Of a stretch of DNA of 64,000 nucleotides, positions 51,101-62,949 are shown one piece after another. The notes under the pieces are model-generated. The model saw only the letters and a list, made by a program, of their open reading frames with translations. It had not been told where the DNA came from and searched no databases. Source of the DNA: Phaeosaccion multiseriatum (lineage: Eukaryota; Protista; Ochrophyta, other classes). The translations under genes and the position numbers were made by a program. Numbering within the stretch: position 1 is the first letter of the stretch; the number at the start of each line of letters is the position of its first letter. The DNA is taken from NCBI GenBank assembly GCA_965112735.1, contig OZ218954.1:3162001-3226000 (forward strand). Reading direction: 5' to 3'.

Positions 51101-53659
51101 GGTGTAAGTGTGTGCCATTGCTCCCGTATGTATCTTCTTTTACCGCCCTGCCTGCCTCTCCCCTCTCATTCTTCTCGACTCGATGTCCCCTTCCTTGCTG
51201 CTGTTCCTGCTTGCTGATGCTGCTGCTGTCAGTTTCAGTGTATTCGCCCTCCGCGTCCCCACTGCTGCATCTCTGGCTGCTTGCTGGCACTCCTACGCCC
51301 TCTTGTGCAGTGGGATGTCGATCTCACCCCCAAACCTTGCCCCCTAACCTGCCCTTCTGTCTCATCCGATTTGCAGGTGCCTCTGCCGGCATCCACGGCG
51401 AACTACCCTGACCCCATCCTGCCGTTTGAGCTGTGCGAAGACGCCATCTACACACCGTTCGACGGAATTGATCTTCCCAGCGGTTGCGATGGGATGACAC
51501 GTGAGTGATCGAGGAGCGAGACTTGCGTGTAATGGAGAGAGAGGAGGAGGAAGAGGAAGGAGTGATGTGAGGCTGCTGTGGGATTTTTCTTTTTCCAATC
51601 CGCCCTTTTCTTCGCTCATGCCTTGACACACACACACCGCTCACTCATTGCGCTGTTTGCTACCCCTGTGTGCCGCTCGTTCCTTGCCCTCTCTCTGCCC
51701 GGACCAACACCCCCGTCGCTCCTCCACAGCGTCGTACGATGCGGATAGCGACACCACCACCTGGACCGCTTCCTCGTCCCTCACCTGTGGCAGCGGCGAA
51801 ACCGTCGACGTCAAGGACGAGGGCCAATCCTTGATTGTAAGTAGGCCTGGAGGGATGAAAACTTCGTCGCCTGACGTCTCTGACGCTTCACCCCTCTCGT
51901 ACCCCTCCCCCCTACCCTTCCCCAACCAAACAACCACAGATCGACGTTAGCACCTACGACGTCGTCTTCGATGGCGTAACCATCAATGTCGGCAGCTTCG
52001 CTACACCCTCCTGCTCCGGGGGAGCCACCTTGGACATCATCGGAGATGCGGCGGAGGGGTCGGTCACCTTCAACGGCAGTTTTGGAAGTGGAACACCACT
52101 GACTCTCAGCGGCAACGGTGCCGACGTGGACATCAATGTGCCGGCTTTCTTCAACAACTGGGTGAGTTGTCTAAACAACAGCAAAGCCCCAGGAGTCCTT
52201 TGCTGGCCAACCGCTTGTCTACTTCCTTCCTACCTCACCACCTGCTTGTCTGCCTTCTTGCCTTGTCTGCCCGCCCTATCGTGTCTGCCCGCTTTGCTTT
52301 GTGCGCACCGTCCGCTCTTCTCTTTGCAGGAAAATGGACCCAATGCGGCGGCTCAGTCCTCATGCTCCACCAAGCTCACCTTCGGGTCCGATGCCATCTT
52401 CACGAGAATGACGGGCACCGGACTTTTTGCTATTGAAAGTGAGCAACAGAGAACTGGGACTGTGTGTATGTGGCCTTGAGGAAGATGGGACCACAACAGG
52501 CTTTGTGTGTGTGTGATGTGGCCTTGCGGGTGGGGTGGCTGGGCCAATGAATTGTTGTTCTTTGTCGTTGCTTGCTCACGTTCGAAGCAAATGCAAACTC
52601 CTACCACCCTCCCCTTCCCCAGCCACCTGGGAAGTGCAAGGCCGAGCTGCCTTCTACGATGTCGCCAGACCGGTCAATCAGATAGGCACGGGGCAGCAGT
52701 CTCGGTTTGGAACATGCGTGGAGCTCGGCCCCGGTGTAAGTGTGTACCATTGCTCCCGTGTGTATCTTCACTTACAGCCCTGCCTGCCTCTCCCCTCTCA
52801 TTCTTCTCGACTCGATGTCCCCCGCCATGCCTGTGTGTGTCTTTTGAAGCCTTCCTTGCTGCTGTTCCTGCTTGCTGATGCTGCTGCTTTCAGTTTCAGT
52901 GTATTCGCCCTCCGCCGTCCCCACTGCTGCATCTCTGGCTGCTTGCAGGCACTCCTACGCCCTCTTGTGCAGTGGGATGTCGATCTCACCCCCAAGCCTT
53001 GCCCCCTACCCTGCCCTTCTGTCTCATCCGATTTGCAGGTGCCTCTGCCAGCATCAACGGCGAACTACCCTGACCCCATCCTGCCATTTGAGCTGTGCGA
53101 AGACGCCATCTACGCCCCCGAAACCTCTCTTCCCACACCCACTCCCACCTCCCCCCCTACCCCTCCTTCCGTCGCTACCCTTCCCCCCACATCCACTTCC
53201 ACCTCTCCGCCTGTGACTACCCCCACGGAGGTGGACTGTCCCGCCCTGGGGTGGGCAGACAGCTGTGGCGCCTACACCGACGCTGATTCGTGCAACTGCT
53301 GGACCGACTCCTCCTTCGCATGCTCGTGGACCGACGGCAGCTGCAGCACTGGCGGTGGCGTGTGCGAGGGAGTGGCCGCCTGCGGTGTGGGTGAGCAGAC
53401 CTGCGTCTATGTTCCTGGTGGCTGCCTGGGCATGAGCGGCTGTGTGGCGGAAACCAGTTGCATGTACTGCGGCTTCGGTTCCTACGATGCATGCCCCACA
53501 GGTGACATCGATCCCAACGATCCGTGTGCCGATGTCGGAGCCTGTGGCGTGGGTGGGCAGACGTGTGAAACCGCCACCTGCCCGGGCCCCGTAGGGTGCA
53601 TTGGCGACGAGCCCTGCAGGTACTGCGGATTCGGGACATTCGAGGAGTGCAGCAAGTAG
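48131..53659 (+). CDS. Secreted tandem-cassette protein C: signal peptide, 3 repeat domains, distinct Cys-rich C-terminus
   Basis: Signal exon 48131-48236. Cassettes 48442-49791, 50028-51500, 51730-~53118. Terminal exon 53039-53659 with a P/T linker, a CPALGWADSC module and two C...CxYCGFG modules. Confidence 0.87.
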
Positions 53660-53841
53660 GCGTTGAGTGGAGCGTATGGAAAGGGAAAGCGTGTGAGGTG
53701 GGGTGAAGTGCTTTTGTTCTGTACCATGGGGGGAGGAGGGGAGAACGAGAGAGAGAAAGAGGGAAAGAACGATAGAGATGGAGAGATAGAGAGAGAGAGG
53801 GAAAGTGACAGAGAAAGAGGGAGAACGAGATCGAGAGAGAA

Positions 53842-54688
53842 CGAGGGCTAAGAGTGGCGGAGGTGCTTCAAGGCGCTGAGGTGGGCATGTGCACCACGCG
53901 CTGTGAGGAGGGAGAGGTTATCGGTTGTTAGAGGTGTGATGGGTTGTCTTGACTTGGCATGACCTGATCTGACCGATCGACCGACCGACCGACTGACTGA
54001 CTGACTGACTGACTGACCCGACTGACTGAAGTGAAGGGGTGTAATTGTACTTGATCTCTGTATATTCTGGAGCTTACTTTACGGTGTACAGTGTACACCA
54101 TGTCTCGAGGAAGGGACGGTCGATCGCGCATGACTGAGTGCGTGCGTGCGACTTTTATCAGAGTAAGTAGGCCGTCCACCAAGCAAGGCCACGCATGTCC
54201 AAACCAAGGTAGCGATTCGTAAGTACATTTTGATTACTTAAGGACAAGAATGGAAACTCGACTCAAACTCTTCTCTCTTTCTCTCATCTCTTTCTTTGTC
54301 TTGAACATGCTAACTTCTGAGGTAGTGTCAGCGGCGCTTGCTTAGCTGCCAATCATGCCTCGCTTTTCTTTCCTCGCTAGTTACCTTGCCTGACTGACTG
54401 ACCGACTGACTGACTTAGCGAGTGAATGAGTGAGTGAGTGAGTTAGTGAGTGAGTGAGTGAGTGAGTGAGTGAGTGAGTGAGTGAGTGAGTGAGTGAGTG
54501 AGTGAGTGAGTGAGTGAGTGAGTGAGTGAGTGAGTGAGTGAGTGAGTGAGTGAGTGAGTGAGTGAGTGAGTGAGTGAGTGAGTGAGTGAGTGAGTGAGTG
54601 AGTGAGTGAGTGAGTGAGTGAGTGAGTGAGTGAGTGAGTGAGTGAGTGAGTGAGTGAGTGAGTGAGTGAGTGAGTGAGTGAGTGAGTG
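53842..54688. repeat. Second copy of the downstream block plus (GAGT)n
   Basis: Homologous to 46494-47800. Confidence 0.9.
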
Positions 54689-55205
54689 CATTCTACATTC
54701 ATCGCACTGCTCTTGCCATGGCTCGCACACCGCAGTCGCAATTCTTGCCTTTCTTGCTTGGTGAAGGGCGGCTGGATCATTACATGATGCTCAGCAGTGC
54801 TCCACTCCCGCTTCCTCGCTCACGACGGGATGTGAAGTGAATGGCACTGGTCGAGTCGTGGTCCGTGAGTCGCTCCCCCCTCGCGCCTACATGCCCATCC
54901 CACCTTCGCACGGCAGAGTCTTCTTTTGCTTTCGGAGCCGACCCCAGATCGACCACTCTCCACGGCTTGCTGGTTCGTCGACTGGCTCCCATTGTGCTGT
55001 AGTTGGTGATACACGGTCCGGTCCGCTGGTCTCGCCGAGCCACTTGCTCTCTCCGACTCGCGTGGGCAGGGCCTCCTCCTCTTGCTTGCTGACTGCCTGC
55101 CCTGCCCTTCCCTACTAGTAGTCTACGCTGCCGTGCCCGTGAGGCACAAGTGCCAATCACGCTCACGTTCGTCACTCTTTTCCAACGGGAAAAGGCCCCC
55201 ATCGC

Positions 55206-55820
55206 TCAGTAGATGACACACCCTCGCGGGGAACAACGACTTGGAGATGATGAAGATGCCACCTCATGAACAGCAGCAGAGCTGGTGGGGGAAGGGGCAC
55301 CCTCGGCAGCTGCAGCAGCAGCAGGAGCGGCAGCAGCAGCAGCAGAGCTGAGGACGGTGCTCATCGGGGCCCTTTGCTCTGCTACCGTGGCAGGAGAAGC
55401 AATTCGAAGACTTCCAAAGGCTGCGGCACTGCTCTTAGTCAGGCTCCTCCCCCCTTCCTCAGCGTCCGACTCGAACAGCTCAGCGTGCGCTTCCCGGTCA
55501 ATGGGTGAGTACTCCACGCGCTGAGGGAGAAGAGGGGCAGTCGCGGCGGTGGTGGCGTCGGAGATAGTAGCAGGACGCCCTTTGGTGCTGCCGAGTGTGT
55601 CAATCATGTCCGACATATTTCCTAAGCGCTCCTCCGCCTCTTCTAGCAAGTCTCGCTGCTGTTTCTGTAGCTGCTCTTTTTGAGGGCACGTCTTCTTTAG
55701 GGCTTGGCTAGCGCTCGGCGAGCCGGTCAATGCGCCGCTCATGCTCCCCCTTTCATCTAGCCTGTGCCCATCTTGGGGGCCATCTTGGGCCCAGCGAGTC
55801 GGCCCAGCCACTCGAGCCAA
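55206..55820 (-). CDS. Hypothetical low-complexity protein or exon with a short coiled coil
   Basis: 204-codon open frame with KEQLQKQQRDLLEEAEERL; first true ATG at 55742; no recognisable domain. Confidence 0.35.
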   Translation of the reverse strand: MARVAGPTRWAQDGPQDGHRLDERGSMSGALTGSPSASQALKKTCPQKEQLQKQQRDLLEEAEERLGNMSDMIDTLGSTKGRPATISDATTAATAPLLPQRVEYSPIDREAHAELFESDAEEGGRSLTKSSAAAFGSLRIASPATVAEQRAPMSTVLSSAAAAAAPAAAAAAEGAPSPTSSAAVHEVASSSSPSRCSPRGCVIY

Positions 55821-56874
55821 AAAGGATCAAAAAGGTTCCCGCCAAGCGTAAGTCATTGGGCTCCAAGACGCTTGCTTGACGCGGACCCACCTTCTCCTCC
55901 CTCCCTTCCTCTCCTCTGCGCACTCTCTTGTGTGATGGCTATGCGGTTCATACATCTCGCGACGAAGCAACCATAGACTGGCATCGCGTGGCACAGACGA
56001 ACAGACGATGAGCGAGGAGGAGCCAAGGAGCGAGGGAGCGAAGCATCAGCCTCTTCCCCTCCTAGCGAGCACAGCCCAATCGCGTGCGTGCTTAGCAGCG
56101 CGCAATCCATTTAAGATTGCGTACTACTAGTACTAAACAAAGTTGAAGGGTGGACCCCCTACTATACCTGCAACGTTAGCGTGCTACCTGCTCTACCGCC
56201 GGCGCCAGCCAGCGTGCTACACGGGCAGCAGCAGCATGTTACCGGGCCCGCATTTGCTACCGAGAATGCGTCGGTAGCACGGCAGGGGTCGAGTATGGTA
56301 CTGGTGTGGAGGGAGGCGGTATCTTTCCCTCAAAACGCTCTCTCCTCTCATTTTTCTCTTTCGATCCTTCTACTGAAGTCTTCTCGTGTAATCTAAAAAA
56401 AGCATGTGTTTTAAACATGAGCTCTAGTCTAAAGCGTACACTCCTGCTCGTTGCTATATACATCACAGAGCTGCCATCCTCTCTTTTGGTTTGTATTTCT
56501 CTTCTTCCCTACTCCTCCTACTTCTCCTTCTTTTCCTCCTCCTCCTGCTGCTGTCCTCCTCCTCCTCCTCCTCCTCCTGCTGCTGCTGCTGCTGTTCATC
56601 CTCTCCTCCTGCCCCTCCTCATCCGTTACGTTGACGTCCTTCCCTCTTCCTTGTCGTCCCGCGCTGCGCTTCTCAGTCACCCACTAACTCCCTCGAGCGG
56701 GTCAGACCCTCCTATGCGCGGCAACAGAGAGACGCCCTCCCCCCGCTTGCCACCACCGCCCAACCCATGGAGGGGCTACTCCTCCATCGGCTTCGCCAAG
56801 CCAAGCAGGCGATTCTGGACACCCCCAACCTCAAACTCAAACTCGATCCCACACGCTCAATCCCAAAGTCGCCC

Positions 56875-58942
56875 TCAAACATGCAGTCCCATTTGATACA
56901 CCCTGTGGAAGAGTAGGAGAGAGGAAGGTACGTACGTAAGCCTACGTAACATGATACAAAGGGCGAATGAATGAACGAACGAACGAACGACGATCGATGA
57001 ACGAGGAACCCAGAGGGCCGAGGCAACAAACACACAGGAGGTGGACATCATCGGGATGGCAGTAGATGGGAGTAGCATACAAGCCATTAGGGCATGATAG
57101 CAGTAGGTGGGTCTCCTCCTCACCAGGCGGGGTTCTCGTCCTGCTGCCCGTCGCTATCAGAGTCCACTTGCACTTGCACTCCAAGGTAGTAGGCCAAAGA
57201 GCCATCGGCCCCGAACATGGGGCTGTTGGGGAGGGAGGGAGGGATGGGAGGGACGGAGGGAAGGAGCGGGGGGAGGGAGGGAGGGAGGAAGGAAGGGGAG
57301 GGACGGAGAAAGGGAGAAAGGGAGGGAGGGGGAAAGGGAGAGAGCGAGCGAGGGAGGGAGGGAGGGAGGGAGGGAGGGAGGGAGGGAGGGAGGGAGTGAG
57401 GAGGGGGGGGGAGGGGGGAAAGGGGGGCATTAGACGGGAAGGAGGAAGAGCGAGACACACAGAAAAGAACGGAGAGAAGAAGGAGCAAGAGTCAGCCAGG
57501 GAGGAGCTTATTCCAAGGCACTGAATGCAACATGAGAGGGGTGAGAGGGTGGGGTGACTTGCACGCACACTCACTCACTCACTCACTCACTCACTCCCCT
57601 CAGACTCAGTGGGAAAACCCCACCTGGACTCCGAAAGGGCGTGCCCTGGTGTAAAGCTGCACCCAACCCCTACCCCACCCCCTCCCAGCCAATTCCACCT
57701 TACCCTGGCCCACGCACGCCCCCACGCACGCACGCACGTATGCACTCAAGCACGGGCGCACCCACTTACCACATGAAGAACTGATTCCGAAAGGTGGTGC
57801 CGTCCTTGCGGTAGTTGAGCAGGTTCACGGAGCACTCTCTCCGCTCCTTGACGGCTTGGCGGATGTTGTCCACGTCTTCCTTCTTCGTCTGCCATTTGTG
57901 AGATGAATGAATGGATGGATGGATGGATGGATGGATGGATGGGTGGGTGGATGGGACGGAGGGGATGAAGGCATGGATTGATTGTTTGGTTGATTGGTTG
58001 ATTGATTGACATAACGCAGGTAGGGGGTGGGTGGGTGTAGGTGGGTGCGTGAGTGGGTGAATACGGGTGGGGAGCAAGAGGACATACAACAGCCAGGAGA
58101 TGAAGGGACTGATTGATTGATTGACATAACCAGGTAGGTGGGTGCGTCGGTGCGTGTTGGTGCGTGGGTTGGCGAGGAGGTACGTGGGTGAGTAGGAATA
58201 GGGAGAAAGAGAACAGACCCCAGCCAAGGCACTACGTGGTGGGCGTGTAAAGGGACAGCCAGCTGAGTGTCCACCTGGCACCGCGAGTTCCCCCCCACTA
58301 GCACAAACACAGCAACAGGTTTGGATCAGTGCCAATACGATACGACACAAGGCGATACTTCGTACCTCCTCGCCCTGCAGGAAGCGGCAGTTCCTCCCCT
58401 CCACTTCGCTCTTGGCGTACTGCGTGAAGGCGCAGAAGCCGTCGGAGGAGAAGATGATGGGATTGTCTTGGATCTGCAACAATGGACAGGCAGGCGAGCA
58501 CATGCATGCCGCTGGTGAGGAGGGGAAGGGTCTTTGCACGTGCTTCAATCAAGCCAGACTTGCTCCGAGAAAATAAAACGTGTGTTGTATGTGTGCGTGT
58601 GTGTCGTTGTGTCTGAATGCGATTCCTACTGCTTTGCGTTCCTCCCTCAACGAGAGCAGGCGACCGACTTACATCGGGATCCGTGAGCACAAAGCAAAGT
58701 CCCTTGTGGTCGTTCCCGTTGAGCATATCTACGAGGATCATGTCCTTTACTGACAGCTTCTTCTCTGGCTTGAACGAATGGGCCTGCTCCGCTGGTATCA
58801 CATCCCCTCCTCCGGTGTGCGCCGTGCCCGGTACTCCCTCACTCTTTTGCGTGCCGCCCCCCATCACTCCTGCTACTGCCACCGCACCCACTGCTGCCGC
58901 GGCCATAGCTCCGGCTACAGTGCTCCAGTCTGCTACTTCCAT
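56875..58942 (-). CDS. Short LOV-domain (flavin-binding blue-light sensor) protein, 207 aa, no effector domain
   Basis: Exons 58942-58673, 58473-58366, 57888-57770, 57222-57124, 56902-56875 total 624 nt. LOV signature [17 protein letters not shown]...GRNCRFLQG...[13 protein letters not shown]...YYLGVQ with the photoactive Cys and terminal Gln intact. Confidence 0.93.
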
Positions 58943-59519
58943 CTACTCGCTCTTATCTCTCTTGCTGCCGATTGTTCTGCTGTTACGTGTCTCGTACGTG
59001 TTACGTTGCACTTGGACGGACAACAGAATTGGCTCTCCCCGTCAAGCTCCACCCGGCAACAGAGAGCTCCCCGCAATACCCTCTCCTTATACTTGCCTGC
59101 TCTCCTCTTCCTCTGCTAGCTTCGTGTTTTGTGTTCTTGACAGAGGCGCACAGAGCTGATTGAATAGGGAAATTGCGACTTCGATAAAGGATTCCCGTAC
59201 ACCTCTAAATGGTACCATGACGAGCCCTCTGCCCACACGGGAGTTAGAAAGAAAACTTAATCAACTTCACAAAAAGCAAAAGTAGGAGCGATGGAGCAGT
59301 AAAGGGAGTTAAGAAGCAGTCAATAGCCTTACTTGTTTGGTTGCCATGTTCCGCCCCAACCAGCACACCGCGTGCATCTCCGCTCTTTTTGTCCCTCAAG
59401 TTGATTTCCATCGGGGTCTGAGTCAAGCAGCCATCACTCCACATATATAGAGAAGGGCAGCTCCTCTCAACCCGCGACACGCCGCTCAGCTGTGCCCACA
59501 CCAGAGGCAGGAGAGCAGG

Positions 59520-61496
59520 ATGATGGCGGTGTCGAGATGCCGCGTCGGCAAGTGCGCGATGTCGAACACATTTGCCATGCTGCAAGGGAGGGTCTTCACG
59601 CCTTCTCAAGGGCACCCGGAAGCGAGAACAGCAAGCACAAGTGCCTGGTCCGGAGCTGCGGTCGGCCAGCGTCCTCGAGGCCCGCGTTCTCCTCCACGTC
59701 CGGCTGGAGTGCACGCCTCCGCCCTGCTGCAGCAGCGAGGCAGGCGTACGTACCCCAACGGCATGACTCCAGCGGCGCCAGAGTCGGCGCTTGACGCAGA
59801 CAACGCAAGAAGTACAAGCGCCCCCTCGGCGTGGGGGAGCAGCAGGAACGGGAGCGGGAGCCTAAGACATCACGCGTCGCTGGCGGCCGAGTCGGCGACG
59901 GAGGATGGCAACACCAACCCAACGTCCAACTCCCCAGTGGTGCTCTGGTCCATCGCAGTCCTCTCGAGGCAGCTCAGCCTGCTACAGCGGATGAGTAAGG
60001 AAGACTACTGCAAGGTGGGTTTGGTAGAGAAAGAGGGGGGGCGGTGGAGGAGGGAGAATGATGGAGGAAAGAGAGAGTTTTTTATGTGTGCCCTTGTGCC
60101 TTTCCGTATCTGTCCTCTGAATTCATTCATACTCCTTCCCCCTGACAAAGCTCCGTTCTCTAACCCTGAACCTCTCGTCTTTCTCCTCACCGACCAACCA
60201 ACCAACCACACATCCGTCCATCTGCTACGCCTCAGATGAACACGCAATTCGCCGCCTCTATCGGCCTCCACATGCGCCACAAGTGAGTCGGTTGGTCCAG
60301 AGGAGAAGGAGAATGAGGGTGCTAGGGAAGCTCTGCCACTGTGAAAGAGGAGTTGGGCGTTGTTCTTTTCTCTTACCTCTCTCCCCAACGCCGGTATGTG
60401 TATGTGCGTCTCGATGTCTCTCTCTCTCTCTCTCTGTGTGTGTCTCTGTGTCTGTGTGTGTGTGTGTTTCCACAGCTTGGGCCACTACACCGCCTTCGTC
60501 GCGGCCCTCGAAAAGGCCACAAAGGGCGAGCACACCGCAGAAGCGCAGGTAACGAAGGAGTAAGGAGCAAGGAAAGTGTCACTGCTGGGGGCAGGGGAAG
60601 GGGGGTAACACAACGTGACTTACTCCGTTGCCGCTTCTTTGGGGGAGAGGGGGGGGAGGAACTTGAGGAGCTTGGACCCTGCTTTGCGACACTAACTGCT
60701 GCTGACCCCCCGCAACTGCTCCTCCTCTCCCTCCCCTCCCCTCCCTTCCCAGTACGACCGCCGAGCCCGAGAGGAGGAGGTGGAGCAGGACCCCTCTGTG
60801 GCCCTGGCACGCCTCAGGGAGGTACTGCGGAAGATCAGCACTCTGTCCGACGATGTGCTGCAGCTGCCGTGCGCCGCGGAGTTCATGGTGAGTTATGACG
60901 TGACGTGTACGTGTTGGTGATATGATATGGTAGTTGTAAGTTGGGCATGTGGTAGTAGCAGCAACATGAACAAATAGCTGTCTGCAGGCTGCAGTCAGCA
61001 GCAGTCGTTCATGACAGACGAGAGGGAGGCTATGAAATGGTCTTCCTTCCCCACTCCCATGCCACCTTACCCACTCACTCACCCCCCCACCCACCCCTAC
61101 CCACTCGACATGTACTCTCTGAACTCATCACATCACTACTCACTCCTCACTCCTCTCTGAACTCATCACCTCGCTCCTCACTCCTCACTCCTCCCTCCCC
61201 AGGTGTCCGACACGGACGGCACTTCGGCCGCCATCCCCTCCACCATCTGCCGCGAATTGGCATTTGTGACTCACCACGCGGTGCACCACAACGCCATCAT
61301 GGGCTGGATTGCCGCGGCCTTGCAATGCCCGCCCGATCTTCCTCCTGACTTTGGCCTGGCGACTGCCACCTCTAAGCACTTCAAGGACAATGCTGCTGTA
61401 TCACCATCTCCTGCGGGTGGTGAGGGTGGTGGTGGTCCTGCTGCTGCTGGCCCTTCGTCCAAGGGGAAGAGTGGCGAAACGGCGCCGTTCTTCTGA
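59520..61496 (+). CDS. DinB/YfiT-like superfamily protein (His-triad metal-binding four-helix fold); start uncertain
   Basis: Exons ~59520-60014, 60236-60282, 60476-60548, 60753-60887, 61203-61496 join in frame to give SIGLHMRHNLGHY...YDRRAR...STICRELAFVTHHAVHHNAIM...DFGLATAT, the motif pattern of DinB-family proteins. Confidence 0.8.
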
Positions 61497-62603
61497 GTTG
61501 GGGGAATGACGCGCTTAGGGGGGGGTGCGGTGGGCAAGTCGTGGTATGGCGGCCCACTACACTCAAACTCAAAGAGAGTTGGCTGGATTCATTGGGGGGG
61601 AGGACTGTTACTGTAGATAGAACATCAAATGGTGTGTGGGTAAAAGGGTAGGAGGGTGTTTTGGAGAATGGGGCGAAGGAGCACGCAGGGAGAGAGGCGG
61701 AAAGAGTGTGACGTGGAGTGAGCTGGAGATGACGCCAATACAAAGACATTGAGGAGTGCAGCGGTGGGTCGGAGCTTCAGGAGGGAGGCATTTTGTACAA
61801 AGGTGGGGAGAGGGAAGAAGAGGGGGAGAGAGGAGGAGAAGGTGAAGGTGGTGGTGGTGGAGGAGGAGGGGGAGGAGGAGGAGGATGAGTGGGGGGGTAC
61901 CGTAGGAGAAGAGACTTGGGGCTATCTGGTCTCTTTTCCCTCCCTCTCCGCTCTTCCACCATGTAAGAATAGTATACAATTAAACACGCTATCATTACCG
62001 TTTGTATGTTTATCATCACTCTGCTCATTGATTTGACAAAAAGCATTTGCAATTTGCAATCAATCGGTCTCTCGTCCGATGATTGGTTGGGCCGTCTCTC
62101 TCTTTCTCTCTCTCGAGTCGAGCTGACCCGCACGCACACACGCGCGCACGTCCGCCATACAGAGTGAGCGGACTCCGAGTCGAGTCGCTCGTGTCTGCGC
62201 GGAGGGGGTGTCCCATGTTCCAGGGCCCCCCGTGTTGCGTTACGATCTGCAATCGTTCCGTTCGGAATCAGTTCCGGTGCGCTTCTCCCCAGCAGGCAGT
62301 ATACTTGTACTTCCGCTGGCTTTTGTTCGGTGCTGTTTGCTGGCTGCGCGTATTTTGCTTGACCCGAAGGGAAGGAAGGGATGAAACTGATGAAACAGTC
62401 CGACGGCCGGGAGGCTGAGGGACAAGCCAAGAAGACTCTTTCTCTTTCACTCGTCCCACTCAGGAAATCAGAGGCTAAGGACCAAAGGAGGGAGTTCGGA
62501 GAGAGTACACAGAGAGTTCATGAGCCCCTCGTCCTCCCGCGCCCCGTGTTGAAGCCCATCTGCTGCCATCTGTCGCGACCCATCCATCCATCCATCCATC
62601 ACG

Positions 62604-62765
<162 letters not shown>

Positions 62766-62949
62766 GCACCATCTCCTTCAATGCAGTTGCTGGCCCTGCC
62801 CTCTCTGAGGGAGATGGCATTCGATGGCATGGTCCACCTCAGAGTCCCCTTTCCCCTCTCCTTCCTCTCTGTCTCTCTCCACATCTCGCGCACGTCCGTC
62901 CCTCCTCCTCCTCCTTCTCCTTCTCCTCCTCCCTCCCTCTCCCCCCCCC

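Noticed and set aside
24233-53118. 1.7-kb repeats as a tandem transposon, non-coding satellite or assembly artefact
   Set aside because: No transposase, TIR or LTR. Every unit has intact splice sites and in-frame exons, and units differ by codon-structured changes. Read-level validation is still advisable.
56875-58942. Calling the LOV gene an aureochrome or phototropin
   Set aside because: No bZIP basic region, second LOV or kinase domain in the reconstructed exons.
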